A stretch of DNA of 64,000 bases from Cyanidioschyzon merolae (taxonomy: Eukaryota): NCBI GenBank assembly GCA_000091205.1, contig AP006492.2; one strand, 5' to 3'. Positions 22,105 to 34,283 of this stretch are shown in pieces (the stretch's first letter is position 1; each line of letters begins with the position of its first letter). The position numbers and the translations under genes were made by a program. A model generated the notes under the pieces. The model made no database searches. It saw only the letters and a list, made by a program, of their open reading frames with translations, and was not told the DNA's origin.

Positions 22105-22842
22105 ATGACGAGTCCCGATCCAGCCTGGCACTGGTCAGGGAAACGTCCTACGGGGAGCGTGCTGGTAGTCCCGAACGCGCTTGCGGCCGCCTATGTTCCC
22201 CAGATGGTCTGCGATCTGCTCATAGAGAACCTCGCACTGCCGCACTTGGGCTCCGTCCAAGTGCCCCAGGTGCTTCCGTTTGCGGGTCGCGGGAGGTATA
22301 GCCACACTGATTTTCACTTTCTGAGCCCTGTCGATATGTATGCGTGCCAGGATCTGGCTGTCGTGCAGCATAGGTCTCCGATCGCACGAGGGCGCTCACG
22401 AGAACACGCGTTCCTCCTGTGGAACACCTTCGGCAGATATAGTCGACTTGTGCTGGTTCTGAACAGCATCAGTGCCGTTGCACGTGAATCAGATCGTGCC
22501 CTTAGCGCGCCGCTCGGAAGCGTTTGGTATCTGGCCAATGCACCAGGGCGTGCTTGGGTGGAAGCGCATGCTCCCGAATGGATCGCGCTCAACGAAACGG
22601 ATGTGCTACCAGCGTATTGGCCTCTAGCTCGAGCGAGAGGCTGGATTGCAGCGCTGTTTGAGGCCGCCGCCGCCACGGTTCCTCTCGTCGTCCCGCACGT
22701 GTTCGTGCACGCCGGAGATAACCGTCATGTGGCGGCTAGGCTCGTGGAATCGCTCGCTCGCTGCATGTCTTGGTCATTGGAGGAATGCAAGGAACCGCCG
22801 AGCTGGGCGATCGGTTTCGATGCGAACGGTAACGGAACCTAG
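22105..22842 (+). CDS. Proteasome assembly chaperone 2 (PAC2/PSMG2)-like protein
   Basis: 245 aa. The N-terminal block SVLVVPNALAAAYVPQMVCDLLIENL parallels PSMG2 LLMPAVSVGNVGQLAMDLIISTL. RLVLVLNS matches RVIVLSSS. The C-terminus PPSWAIGFDANGNG matches IPSSWRLLFGSGLP. Similarity is weak and recalled from memory. Confidence 0.4.
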   Translation: MTSPDPAWHWSGKRPTGSVLVVPNALAAAYVPQMVCDLLIENLALPHLGSVQVPQVLPFAGRGRYSHTDFHFLSPVDMYACQDLAVVQHRSPIARGRSREHAFLLWNTFGRYSRLVLVLNSISAVARESDRALSAPLGSVWYLANAPGRAWVEAHAPEWIALNETDVLPAYWPLARARGWIAALFEAAAATVPLVVPHVFVHAGDNRHVAARLVESLARCMSWSLEECKEPPSWAIGFDANGNGT

Positions 22843-24289
22843 CAACCTGACTGCGAGCTACTTGGCACTCGTATATGCTGGTAGAGATGCATTTGCAGGG
22901 ACCAATGCCGGCTTCAGATACCGGGGGAATCAGGTGCCTCCAGGCACGCTATAGCGCCCCCGGATGAACTCTGTCGATGCTTTGGATTGGACGTTTCCGG
23001 AAGCGGGACCCGCACCCCGGCCGAGCAGGCCATAGAGGTGACTCGCGTCTGCACACGGCGACAGGTAGCCTTGTATTGAGAAATGTAGTGTTTATCGGAA
23101 CAGGTCTACTGCCTCAAATGCTGCCAGTTTACTGGTATTGTTCTGGGCAGTTTCCTGGTGAAACAACCGCCAGGCATGACGTGAGCGGAGCGCCCATCGC
23201 TTCTGCTGGTAAACGCGTGACTTGGTTGATCGTAATGCCCGATGCGACGACAAGTGGTGGCTAGGCGAAGATTTCGGAAGCGACAGCAGCTCGCTCGCAA
23301 CTCGCCACGATATCGAGCCACGGACAACGCGGCGCCTGCTGGCAGCGCTTTGTGATACGCCAGATCATTCGCACTCGGAATGCGCTCGAAAAGTGCTGGC
23401 CTCACGGAACGATTCTTCCTGTGCACACGTGCATTTGCTTGATGCGACTCCGTTGCTGGAATGGCGGCTTGATGAGCGATTCCAAGGAAAACTGTGTATG
23501 TGACCGGAGGGCGCGCACGCTGGCAAACACGTCCCGGTGCCGTGAGAAGGGCAGCGAGCGCATGACATGAACGCCGCGGCTCTACACGGAACCTGTTAGG
23601 TGCTTCTGTCTGGTAGCTTGGAAATGTAGACGATGCTAAAGAGCGGCTCCACGTTGGCGTACGGCTGACTGCGATGTATCTCGATGAGGCGTTCCTGGTA
23701 GGGGTACTTTCAAGAATGGTGGTTTCTATCTCGATCATTGTACCCAGCGGTTCCCCGCTGTCGTATCGCTAAAGTCGATGCAGCTGTCGGAAGCCTCTCT
23801 GGGGTATTTACTTTCGAGAATAGCGGATTTCTAGGCGGGCAAAACTTCGTATTGCGAGATGGCTCTCCGAATGGCGCGGCTGCATGTAGTTCACCAGGGC
23901 ACCTCTGCGACACCGGGACCACACATCTCGCGGTTTATCTTCGAAGAGGCTCGGCGTTTCTAAATGCAGCATCTGCATCGCCGCAAGATGGGTCTCTCTT
24001 CCGCTGGCCACACGTGCCGCCTGGATATCCATGACAAGGATGCGATCTGCGTCTAGATCTGAGCCTTAGAGCGTTCGGCCTGCACGCGATCTTGGTCAGT
24101 GTCCTTCATGGCGCTGTTGTGTGCAACAGCGCTGCGGAAATGGACTCGTGCGAGACTAAAATGGAACAGGTCCTCTAAATCGGACATATACAATAAAGTT
24201 GGGGTTTTCTTCCCATTATGATGAATAACAGGTTTTGCGGGCTTGTTCAGTGACGAGTTCATCCCGTCGTCTCTATCTCTCGCTCTCAT

Positions 24290-24892
24290 TTATGGCTCTA
24301 AATACGCCTGGCCGTCCGGTACCTCTAGCTCCGCTGTCACCAGTCGTTGGATGTTGATGGCAGCGTCCAAGGCCCGTTTTCGCTGGTCCAGGACTTTTTC
24401 AACGTATTTCATGCACAAGTGGTTCTTGCGAGCTCCGCCTTGCTGTCCATTGTCATCTTCGTCGTATGCAGACTCAATGCGTCCTTCGCAGCGGTGACAC
24501 TCGACTATGGTCGATGATTCGCATGTGTCCACCCGGGATCCTCGCTAGAGCGCCGTCCTGTTGCGCGTGAACGTTTTCTCCATCAACCTGTACGTGCCCG
24601 TGACGGACGTAGAGGACTCTGTTCGATGCACCCCTCCGTTTCCGCGTCAGGAGCAGTACCCGGCGATCACGGGCTTCTCCTGGACGATGCCCTTAGCGAT
24701 TATTCTACCAGCTGCATACGCAAGCGCACGCTGTTCCGTTCCATAGAGTATTTGTGGAACGCAATGTTGCCCATCATGAAACAAGTAACGGACGGGAAAT
24801 CCCGGCTGGAGAACAAATCGAGAAACTTCGAGCCCTCTACGCTCCCTCCGCCCAAGCAGTAACGCGCTTTCCACTGGAAATGTTCGCCGCAA
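24290..24892 (-). mobile_element. Decayed TnpB/Fanzor-like (IS200/IS605 OrfB-type RuvC nuclease) element, copy A, frameshifted
   Basis: Two consecutive minus-strand frames are present. 24892-24647 reads ...GFPVRYLFHDGQHCVPQILYGTEQRALAYAAGRIIAKGIVQEKPVIAGYCS. 24532-24290 reads ...ECHRCEGRIESAY...NHLCMKYVEKVLDQRKRALDAAINIQRL, a Zn-finger CxxC followed by the RuvC-III-like D.NAAINI motif. The 24540-24900 core is about 93 % identical, by eye, to the inverted copy at 30040-30400. Confidence 0.45.
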
Positions 24893-25808
24893 TGACCAAA
24901 TTCCCAGCCCAGGACTCTTTTCCGAACAAGCAGAACAACCAACAGCCTCTGGGACTATATGACGTGAATTGCACTAAGCTGCTGGGGAACGCGCTTTCGT
25001 CGATATTCACAGAGAAACAAGCACCTGTATTTCGATAGGAGTTGATTCTCTCGCGTCGGAATATCAGTGTACTTTCGGTATCATCTTCTGAGCGATTTTT
25101 CCAGAATACATCGCGTTTTTCCTCGTCAATCAAGCGACGCGCATCGCTGGCTCTCTAAGCGTTGCCTTGAAACACGCAAGCACCGCAGTTGCTTCGACTC
25201 GTGTCCGTTTGCACGCTATCCACACATCAACTACTTTACCAATCCCTGTCCGATTGCGTCATAAATCGCCTTGATTTCAAGGACGTCACGAATTCCAGCA
25301 ACAAAGCGCCCGGTGATCCACTTTGTGACCTCGACCCTGAGTATGCCCAGCCTTTACGAGTGCATCCGTGTGTGCACTGTTTTCCGTACTTCGACGAACT
25401 ACGCTGCACGCCTAGGCAAACGTTGTAAACCAATCACAACACCGGAGTACAGTAAGCGGCCCAGTGTTCCACGAGAACCAGACACACACACACACACTGA
25501 GATCGACGCTCGACCACGGCAGCCGCAGGCACCCGCCCGTCGAGCAGTTCCGTTCAGAGGAGAGGAAAGCGCGCGCGTGATGTCCATTTTGGGATGCCAT
25601 CAACTGTGGCGCGCCAATCGTCTGTTGTTGCGGGTGCGCGAGTCCCAGCGCCGACGGCCTGCGCGCGCCCCCTCGGTGGTACATTGCGCGCAGGTCGCTG
25701 GACGGCGGCGACGCTGCCACCCGCGTACCGATCCTGAGCGATGCAGCGGCCGGTGCGCTGGGGCGCGGGCTGGTGCCGATAGCGTCCCCAGCGAGATAAA
25801 CAGGCGCA

Positions 25809-26861
25809 GTGCCCCGGAACCGAGGGACAAGTCCGCAGCAGACGAGAGAGAGCGCTCGTTGGTGCTCCTCAGAGCGCCATGGTATGAGTGGGCGGGTTCG
25901 AAGGCACAGCTTGGTGGTGGGCGAGCGCGGACCGGAGGGAATCGATGCAGCTACCAGCGCTTCTGAGGGCAACACATCTGCAACCTTGCACGGTTCGGCG
26001 GCAACCGAAGAGAACGACGCTTTAGCTCTAAAGTGCATTGAGGTGCTTCTTGCGCGCGAGCACCTGTTTACGTATCCTGCTGACTATGAGCCGCCTCTGG
26101 TAGACTCGGAGCAGTACCGTAGACGCTGTTTGCAGGTTCAGCGCTCGGTCAGTTTCGTGCGGCGTTTGCGCATTTCGGAGGAAGTGGCGGGCCTTTCGGT
26201 TGCATTCTACGACCGCATACATAGTGAGGTGCTCCCAGCAACTTTGGAAACCAGTATCACCGACGAGGTATGGGGAGCAGCGTCGCTTGCGCTCGCTTGC
26301 GAGGCCCGCGAGCTACCGGCCGCGCTCGTCGTTATTCTGCTCGCTGGCGACGATCGAGCGAAATCGCTTCGTATCTGGGAAGCAAAGCAGCGCCTACGAG
26401 CGCATCTAAACTGGCGTATTGAAATGGTCACGCCATACCAGTACATTCGAGCCATTCCGAGAGCTCCCACGCACGTGCGAATACTCGCGAGTGGTATCGT
26501 GACCCTAGCGTTGACGGATGTGCAGCTCATCAGACAGCTTCCGTCGCGCATTGCCGCAGCGGCTGTTGCAGTAGCTTTTATCATCTTCGACGAATTGCAT
26601 GAAGCGGTTGAGCGAAGCATGGAGGAGCAGCTGCGTGTGCATGCGCTCGAACGCTTCACGCCATTGAGGACGAGCCCGCGCTCGCCTGGCCAGCGCGAGA
26701 CGGTCGCCACGACGCCCGCCGGGTCGTGTCCCCTGATGAATCCCCAGACGCTTGACCTGGAGCTCATGCGTAGACTTTTGCGCATATTTTTCTTCAGTGA
26801 GGCTCCGGACATTGCGGGTGGAGTTTTCTCACTCAGTTCTTTGTCAGAGACCAGTACATGA
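25809..26861 (+). CDS. Cyclin-like protein (cyclin box fold), low similarity
   Basis: 350 aa. The region RRRCLQVQRSVSFVRRLRISEEVAGLSVAFYDRIHSEV...ITDEVWGAASLALACEARELPAAL fits the cyclin N-terminal domain pattern (target-locus helix, then FLS-like and LA..K.EE-like positions). Judged by eye only. Confidence 0.4.
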   Translation: MPRNRGTSPQQTRESARWCSSERHGMSGRVRRHSLVVGERGPEGIDAATSASEGNTSATLHGSAATEENDALALKCIEVLLAREHLFTYPADYEPPLVDSEQYRRRCLQVQRSVSFVRRLRISEEVAGLSVAFYDRIHSEVLPATLETSITDEVWGAASLALACEARELPAALVVILLAGDDRAKSLRIWEAKQRLRAHLNWRIEMVTPYQYIRAIPRAPTHVRILASGIVTLALTDVQLIRQLPSRIAAAAVAVAFIIFDELHEAVERSMEEQLRVHALERFTPLRTSPRSPGQRETVATTPAGSCPLMNPQTLDLELMRRLLRIFFFSEAPDIAGGVFSLSSLSETST

Positions 26862-27918
26862 ACCGCTGGTACTTGTCTGAGATCGTAGCTCGGGAAGGAT
26901 TCTCCATTGCCAACATGGCGAATAGCCATAAAAGTGCTCTAGGATGTTGTGGAAATCACGTAAGAAGCACCAGATTCCCGACTGATGCGCACATAGACGC
27001 GGAAGCGTACATGGGCTGTCTTGTCTGTCCCTCGAGCGGGAACCTTCGCCGCAGCGCCCTGCGGGATTCGTCGGTTGCGTCGCCTGGATGCGCAGCGAGA
27101 ACATGGCTCATGGGCGGGCGCGCTGCTCACATCAAAAGTAGAACGGTTTGAATGCAGGTGCATTTCATTGAAGCTGCAGCCGGATCGGCATTTCGGCAAC
27201 GGAGGACGCCAGGATCGAGTCCGCTGCGCACCAGCTCCAGCGGCTGCCGCACCCCTTGTTCACTGATGTGCATCACGCGGATTGCCTGCTACGGACTGTG
27301 CGCTTCGATACCCGAATTCGAGGTCATTTCATTCAGCGACAGACAGGAAGTTCGACCAGGTGACCCGGGATCGGCTTCGACCTTGAGCGATGGGCAGAGC
27401 TCGACTGCATTGCTGGCGCTGCGATGTCGTCGGCGGGTGCAAAGTCGGTCCTCGTGCCACTCGAGCTGAGCAGTCGGATCGTCGCAGGCGACGTCTGCGT
27501 CGAACGCCGCGAAACAAAAGCGACGGGTTCGTCTCCCCTGGGCAGTGCCAGGTTCCCGGTCCTCGAAGCGCTCTCAGAAGCGTCTGTGCGCGGACGATAT
27601 ACGCGGCGCACGGTCGTCGGCGGAGCGTATCATGCGCAGCGGTGACTGCGCTCACGCTTCAAGAGTGCTCCGGTTGCGAGCGCTCGAGCCCGTACCATGA
27701 ACACTTTAACGACAGACAGCGGCTTGGCACCGGTTGCGGTACGCAACGTCGGCAGCGGATGTCGAGCGTCCGACTCCAGTCGGTCAGGATTCGAATGCCA
27801 GCCGCCAACCCGTGAAACTGGCATCGCCCTTTCGCAAAGTCCAGGATTCACTTCACTGTTTTTACGATAGCGACGGAATATGGGCAAGAGAGTCGAATGG
27901 CGACAGAGCGCTCTACAT

Positions 27919-29373
27919 CTAGCCCGCTAGCGGTGGATAGGAGTGCTGAACAACGCCCAGCAATGCCTCGCCATTGTAGTGCAGAACGTTTTGACTGTAA
28001 GCGCATGGTGGGATGAAAATGATCCGACGCTCCTCGTCAAGCGCAAGACCAGCTCGATGTCGCTGTATCAGGTATTCGATAAAGTTCTGGTATCCGTCCC
28101 TATCCTCCTCGCGTTCCGGTTCGAAGTAGAACACTGCTGCATCAGGAAGCACGAACTCATTCAGATGGTTGAGGTTGAAACGCCGCTCGACGACGACGAC
28201 TGGCGGGATGCTCTCCTCGTCGGTGAGGGGTCCCCCGATTTGGTGCGCAACCAAGCGACACACGAATCGACCAGTCTTCTGGAGCCGGCACGTCCACTTG
28301 GGTACGTATCGCACAATCGGATACATGAAACGCCATCGACTGTCCTCGGAGACCAGGGGCTCTCGATTGGACGCCTGCGCTTCTTGGCTCAGGTGATAGT
28401 CCAACAAGAGTCGCCAAAGATATGCGTCGGTTTCGAGTGCTCGCCAATTCTCCAAGCACAGTTTTCGCCACAAATTTTCGTCCGAAGCAAATTTGCACCA
28501 TTTTTTGCATACGCCCCGCACGCGCCCTAGTTGAGGACCATTCATGTAGGTGAAGATTCGACGCAAAGTATCATCTGGTAGATCGGATATAGTCGTCGGT
28601 CTATTTCCGAGAACATACGACTTGGTCTCACGGGACGCCTTTTGGTACCTGCTCGACGCTGCCGCGCTTGACGACAGCGCGCTCAACGACAAGGGTGCGC
28701 GAACTAGGGTTACGCGCGCGGAGCCCCGCGAAGCCTCCTCGGCGCCGTCGGCTTCTGGCACTGCTGAACCACTCCCCAAGCCGCTGCTACCTTCCTCAAC
28801 CATAAAGTCTTCCGCGGCGTCCATGGCTTCGATTTCAAGGTGTGCAGCGGAGGCAGCGGCAGGTGAGAGCATCCCGTTGCCGGACGCGCTTCCCGCGCTT
28901 GCAAACCAAAGCGGCTCCCGCAGGTTGTTACCGCCCGTCCAGCTATCCTGCACGCTAGCGGCCTGCGTCTGTATCAAAAACGTTCTTAGAAAGTCGCGTA
29001 TGAAGGATGCTGAACCGTCCATGAGCGCAGGCTTCGTCTCTACGTAGAGGATCAACTGGCGGAGCACTTTGAGCAAGTAAGGAACCGAGTCGGGTCTTTC
29101 GAGGGCACTTTCCGCGCCCTCAAAAGCGTTCTGGTTACCCTCAATATCCCTTTCTTCTTTAGCACAAAGGCTGAGCGGCTTCTTCACAGAGTCCGTCACG
29201 CAAGCAGGTTTCATGCTTTCAAACAGGACTTGGTTCAAAGCGTGTTCGCGAACGTTCGCACACGAACGGTTACCTGCTGCCCTGGTACGCTGCAATCGCG
29301 TGCACGAGCGTCGCGGCCGCGAATTGCGTTCCGCAGGCAGGCGCCATCTCGAGGCGCAATCCTCGATCCACAA
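27919..29373 (-). CDS. F-box domain protein with an uncharacterised conserved C-terminal domain
   Basis: The F-box reads ISDLPDDTLRRIFTYMNGPQLGRVRGVCKKWCKFASDENLWRKLCLENW. The N-terminal half is Ala/Ser-rich and low-complexity. The C-terminal ~130 aa (VCRLVAHQIGGPL...RIIFIPPCAYSQNVLHYNGEALLGVVQ) look globular but I cannot name them. Confidence 0.55.
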   Translation of the reverse strand: MWIEDCASRWRLPAERNSRPRRSCTRLQRTRAAGNRSCANVREHALNQVLFESMKPACVTDSVKKPLSLCAKEERDIEGNQNAFEGAESALERPDSVPYLLKVLRQLILYVETKPALMDGSASFIRDFLRTFLIQTQAASVQDSWTGGNNLREPLWFASAGSASGNGMLSPAAASAAHLEIEAMDAAEDFMVEEGSSGLGSGSAVPEADGAEEASRGSARVTLVRAPLSLSALSSSAAASSRYQKASRETKSYVLGNRPTTISDLPDDTLRRIFTYMNGPQLGRVRGVCKKWCKFASDENLWRKLCLENWRALETDAYLWRLLLDYHLSQEAQASNREPLVSEDSRWRFMYPIVRYVPKWTCRLQKTGRFVCRLVAHQIGGPLTDEESIPPVVVVERRFNLNHLNEFVLPDAAVFYFEPEREEDRDGYQNFIEYLIQRHRAGLALDEERRIIFIPPCAYSQNVLHYNGEALLGVVQHSYPPLAG

Positions 29374-30038
29374 GCGACATCCTGGGCAAGTAACGGTGAA
29401 CGAAAAACATGGATCTTTACATTCGATGCACGCTTTGGAGTCGTGATTAGAAGTAATACCTCGATAGTTGAAGTAGACGAATGGGGTGTTTAGGATTTGT
29501 AAGGAGGTTTAGGAATGTCGGTCGTCTATATGGAGTTGCCGCTTCGATTCCTTGCCGCTGCGTGTCGAGGCGTCATCGGATGCAAGATGATTTGCGACGA
29601 TTTTGGACAAGCGCTTACAAGACAAGTACCCGGATGATCCAGCTTCTATGTACGGCGCCTCCGTGCTTCCCTTGTTGCTCTTGGTGTCGCATGAGCGAAT
29701 CACGCTTTATTTGATGGATCGATCTTTCTCTTTTGACGCGAATCGAGGACGTAGCGCTTCGCGCCACAGGATTGAAGAGGGAAAACTCCGTGTCTTTTGG
29801 ACGACATGATCATAAACTCGTGCCGAAAGTTCACTGAATGTTTCATGTGGACGAAGAAACGATTGCGTGCGAAAAGCATGTGGCTCTCTCTTTGCTGGCG
29901 TCGACAAAACGGCAATTCCTTGAGCAGAATCGTGGAATTCACGGGACAGGCCCCTCTCCGAATACCGTCTCATCTGTTGCATGGAAAACGGCCTTGGACT
30001 CGGAATTCAGTGACCAAAATGATCGCTTCTGGTAGAGC

Positions 30039-30566
30039 GTGCGTTACCGCTTAGGGGAAAGGGAGTATAGAGGGACCGAAATTTCTCGACTTGGTCTCCG
30101 TACTGGATTTCCCGTCCGTTACTTGTTTCATGATGGGCAACATTGCGTTCCACAAGTACTCTATGGAATGGAACAGCGTGCGCTTGCGTATACAGCTGGT
30201 AGAATACTCGCTAAGGGTATCGCCCAGCAGAAGCCCGTGATCGCCGGGTACTGCTCCTGACGCGGAAACGGAGGGGTGCATCGAACAGAGTCCTCTACGT
30301 CCGTCACGGGCACGTACAGGTTGATGGAGAAAACGTTCACGCGCAACAGGACGGCGCTCTAGCGAGGATCTCGGGTGCACGTGTGGAAATCAGTGACCAA
30401 CGTCGAGTGTCACCGTTGCGAAAGACGCGCAGAGTCTGAATGCAAAGAAAATGACCACGGCAAGCGAAGCATCGATTGCAACTTCGATCTGTGTTTAGAT
30501 GGCGTAGAAAACGGCCGGGAGCGGGGCAACCCGGAAATCAACGCTGTCATCAACATCCTTCAATAA
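30039..30566 (+). mobile_element. Decayed TnpB/Fanzor-like RuvC nuclease element, copy B (inverted relative to copy A), frameshifted
   Basis: 30039-30260 reads ...GFPVRYLFHDGQHCVPQVLYGMEQRALAYTAGRILAKGIAQQKPVIAGYCS. 30375-30566 reads ...ECHRCERRAESECKEND...CNFDLCLDGVENGRERGNPEINAVINILQ, a CxxC Zn-finger followed by a RuvC-III-like NA.INI motif. Confidence 0.45.
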
Positions 30567-30699
30567 CGGACAACGGTACTGGAGCGACACGAGAGACCAG
30601 CGCTTTCAAAGCCTGGGACGAGGAAGCTGTCCCAGGAAACGCCCTCAAGGGCCACGATTGCTAACACTGACTCAAACTTTGGCTTGTACGCGCGTGTTC

Positions 30700-31335
30700 G
30701 CAGCGTGCACCCAATCCATTTTTAGCATTCAACGAGCGTATCGTACACCAGGAAGGGTATGCATGGGTTTATTTTTTTTCATAACGGCCGTATCTATCAC
30801 ACTGACCGTGACCGTCGCCGGGAAAATGTGTTCTGAGCTCGATTCCTTTCGGTAACGTAGGCATCATCGGCAATTCGGAATTAGCATTCAACGAGCGTAT
30901 CATACACCAGGAAGGGTATGCATGGGTTCATTTTTGTCAGAACGGCCGTATCTATCACACTGACCGTGACCGTCGCCGGGAAAATGCGTTCTGAGCTCGA
31001 TTCCTTTCGGTAACGTAGGCATCATCGGCAATTCGGAATTAGCATTCAACGAGCGTATCATACACCAGGAAGGGTATGCATGGGTTCATTTTTGTCAGAA
31101 CGGCCGTATCTATCACACTGACCGTGACCGTCGCCGGGAAAATGCGTTCTGAGCTCGATTCCTTTCGGTAACGTAGGCATCATCGGCCATTCGGAATTAG
31201 CATTCAACGAGCGTATCGTACACCAGGAAGGGTATGCATGGGTTCATTTTTTTCAGAACGGCCGTATCTATCACATTGACCGTGACCGTCGCCGGGAAAA
31301 TGCGTTCTGGGCTCGAGTGCATTGGGTAACGTACG
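30700..31335. repeat. Satellite-like tandem array, ~158-bp unit, four copies
   Basis: The unit start ttagcattcaacgagcgtatc recurs at 30722, 30881, 31039 and 31197, giving periods of 159, 158 and 158. The copies are more than 90 % identical by eye. The array lies immediately outside the left arm of the large inverted repeat. Confidence 0.8.
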
Positions 31336-31707
31336 CACCATTGGCAATTCGGAACGCTCAGCTGAGAGATCCTTTCGTGAAGCACAAATACACCGTATTC
31401 CCGGGGATGCGTTTGCCCTGCAGGACGAGCGGATATGTGCTTACTTCAGAAAAACCGGCGGTGTGGCTTCCGCAGTGTGTGCGCGTGTGTGGCTGCAGCT
31501 CTTACGACAGCCGAACGGAAGCACGGCGCGCGCTCCCGTGTGCAGGCGCGAATCAAGCCCAGTGCACATAGCTCAGACGCAGGTACTTGTCAGTATGGCC
31601 CTGGGCTCAAGGTCACTGTTTAGCAGAGGTCACGGCAGCTTACGCAACGGACGCCAGCTTTGGCGAGTGCGCCGGGCACCAACCATTGCTCTACATCCAA
31701 GTGCGTA

Positions 31708-34283
31708 TACTCTGTTCTATGGAATAGTGGACGACAATGATCGTTCACCATTTACGCAGTAGAGGCTTTCGCTGTGCGTATATGGGGCACGCTGGACTTG
31801 CTGGATCGCTGAACCGTACCCATACCAGTGCCGTGGTCCATGCGAGAATCCCCTGCCCTGTGACTTTACCACAGATTTTTTTCATCGAAAGTCGCTAGCG
31901 TTTCAGCACAGTGCATGTACCGAGTCCTCAACGAGGATCTCGAACGTTCGCTCGATACAAAGCCGTTCGACGCCCCGCATGCACGAGATATCTCCATATG
32001 TTGAGCGGGGCGTTCGAGTCTCGGCGCCGAAAGTACGTGTACGCCAAACTGTTGCTGGCGGAATCACAACGTCGCAAGCAACGCCCTTGTGATTGCCCCA
32101 GTATCTGGGGTTGCGTCAGCGAACCGAGCACCATACAGTGCATCCGGCTCTGTGCAACGCTCTTGTTCTCTATCTTGCTCAGCGTGCGCCTGCGCTCATG
32201 ATACCTGTATGTAGTCTTGGAGGCCCGTCGATGCGCATCGCAGCAGCTCAATGCCTGGACCCGGTCGAGGCTCCATACAAGGATCGGAGGCAGCGCCTTT
32301 CCGCACGAGCGTACGTCCAGCAGCGTGGGCTACCGTCGAGCGACTCGCTGACCAGTGATTTGCGTATCTGACTCATCGGAGAAGAGGGATGGTGCACGCT
32401 TCTCGCATCGGTGCAAGTGAGGCCGTCGGCGACCCCAGCACCGGCTCATGTGCGTTTGCCAAAGCGTATCCGCGTGAGTCGTTCGTGGCGGCCCGTATAC
32501 GTTGCGCGTGAAGCGTAGAAAGCACACGTCGCTGCTCGATACGGTGCATAGCGCATCGAGACGAGCCCAGACGCTGTCTTTCGACTTGTCGGTATGCCTG
32601 CTGGCGTCATTGGTGCCCGGATCCCGACAATACCGCGCCCTGGAAGAGCTGAGCAGCTTCATCCGCTCTCCGTTCATGTCTCTCGCGCCGTCGTCCTGTT
32701 TAGAGGTACGGCAACCGCGGTGACGCCTTTCAAACTGGAATCCACGCTCTCCACAACCTCGCTCCCTCTGCTTGCCTTGAACGGTCGCAAGAGCGAGCCT
32801 GGTATCTCGAAACAGGTCTAGGTTTTACAACGTGCGTTCAGCTGGGTATGCCGTCGCTCTCCGTGGACCCTGTGAAACTCGAGTCCATCTCCTCGCTACA
32901 GACGAGAAACCAGGAACGCGATGCACCAGTGTCCTCGCGAAGCTCCTGAAGCGCTGCCTACTTGTACGCGTGAACCAGCTGTACCTCATTGTAGCGCCCA
33001 TCCAGTACACGAATTTGTGTCTATGGTGATCGCTTGGGCCTCGATGTGGTACATGGAGCCACCATCGAACAGACGCTTCGTGTGTCGAGGGCGCTCGCAT
33101 ACAACCAGCTAGTCTGCTCTGTTCTGCTCTGTTGTGTTCTGCTCTGTTGTGTTCTGCTCTGCCCTGCTCTGCTCTGCTCTGCCCTGCTCTGCTCTGCTCT
33201 GCTCTGTTCTGCTCTGTTCTGCTCTGTTCTGCTCTGTTCTGCTCTGTTCTGCTCTGCTCTGACAAGCATGACTGGCGAATACGCGGAAGCGCAAGATATA
33301 ACGACGGCTGGCACACATCAGGTTCCGAACTTGCTGTGGGTATGACGTGTGTCGCTCCGAGGCCGACAACTACACGATGCGCTTCGACGACCTGAAGCGA
33401 CGCTCGCGCTCGATGCCACGTCTATGCTGTTTTGCATGGCGTCCTGTTTCTTACTTCTTTTATCTAAAAATAGGCCTTGACAATGGTTTCAGGCTGGGTT
33501 TTCGGCTCCGACGGGTTTCGCATCCGGTCCGTCCTCGTTCTCTGTGTCCAGTGCGTGCATCGCCTTGTTGCGGACTCGGCGCGGGCGCCTAGGTATGGTC
33601 GCGATACTCTGTGGCCGGTTTTTCCGGGGGATTCACTCATGCAAACACACACACACACACACTGGGTGGACGGCGGTACTGAAACTCATCTTGTCTATGA
33701 ACGCATTTGCGATTCCTCAGGTACGTCCTCGTCTGCTTCTCAGTTGCGAGCATATCCACACGCCGCCGAGCGCCTTTCCGCACCCTCCCCTATAAACAAA
33801 ATCAGCGAAGCAGCAGCAAAGTCTCCTTGAGTGAGACGACCAACCTTATCTTCCCTCCTGTAATGAGCGTTCGCTGCCAAGTACGAAATCGATCGCGTGT
33901 CTTGTTCAACGCGCGACGGTCTCTTGTACATGTGCACGTTTTTTGCAGAGTCCATGCACGTCTCTTCATAGCCGTTTGCATCAGCGGTCCGGAAACGTCA
34001 TATCCTGCTGCTTCCTCGGTCGTATCTCTTAGAGAACGTACGCTGCGGAATGTTTCGACGAGGAGACGATCGTGCGGTTACACTTTGACATGTTGTGTTT
34101 TGGGCGCACAGCGTTCAGGATACGGTCGACGCGTACCATGGTGCAGTCACCTGCTCGCAGCAGAATCACTGACCCGCGCAACGAAACCCATTTTTCGCAA
34201 GCGAGCAGTAACGTCAGCAAGACTTTCCGTGAGCTCAGTCCATTCTACAGGACACTTGGCTTTTGTTGAATACCCGCAAGGAA
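31708..34283. repeat. Left arm (~2.58 kb) of a large inverted repeat; partner at 48372-50949
   Basis: Mirrored six-frame ORFs with near-identical translations are present, for example 31911-32201(+) against 50456-50746(-), and 34147-34395(-) against 48322-48504(+). The nucleotide-level boundaries were found by eye: the outer edge is at ...catactctgttctatgg, and the inner edge is at ...gttgaatacccgcaaggaaaacga. Internal (CA)n at 33644-33662 and GCTCTG(T/C)TCT arrays at 33108-33259 are mirrored in the partner arm. Confidence 0.85.
33108..33259. repeat. Degenerate decamer tandem array GCTCTG(T/C)TCT inside the IR arm (mirrored at 49391-49543)
   Basis: Read directly from the sequence: gctctgttctgctctgttgtgttctgctctg... 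Confidence 0.75.

Noticed and set aside
25271-25966. 231-aa plus-strand ORF upstream of / overlapping the cyclin-like gene
   Set aside because: Ala/Arg/Pro-rich GC-driven ORF in another frame with no motif.
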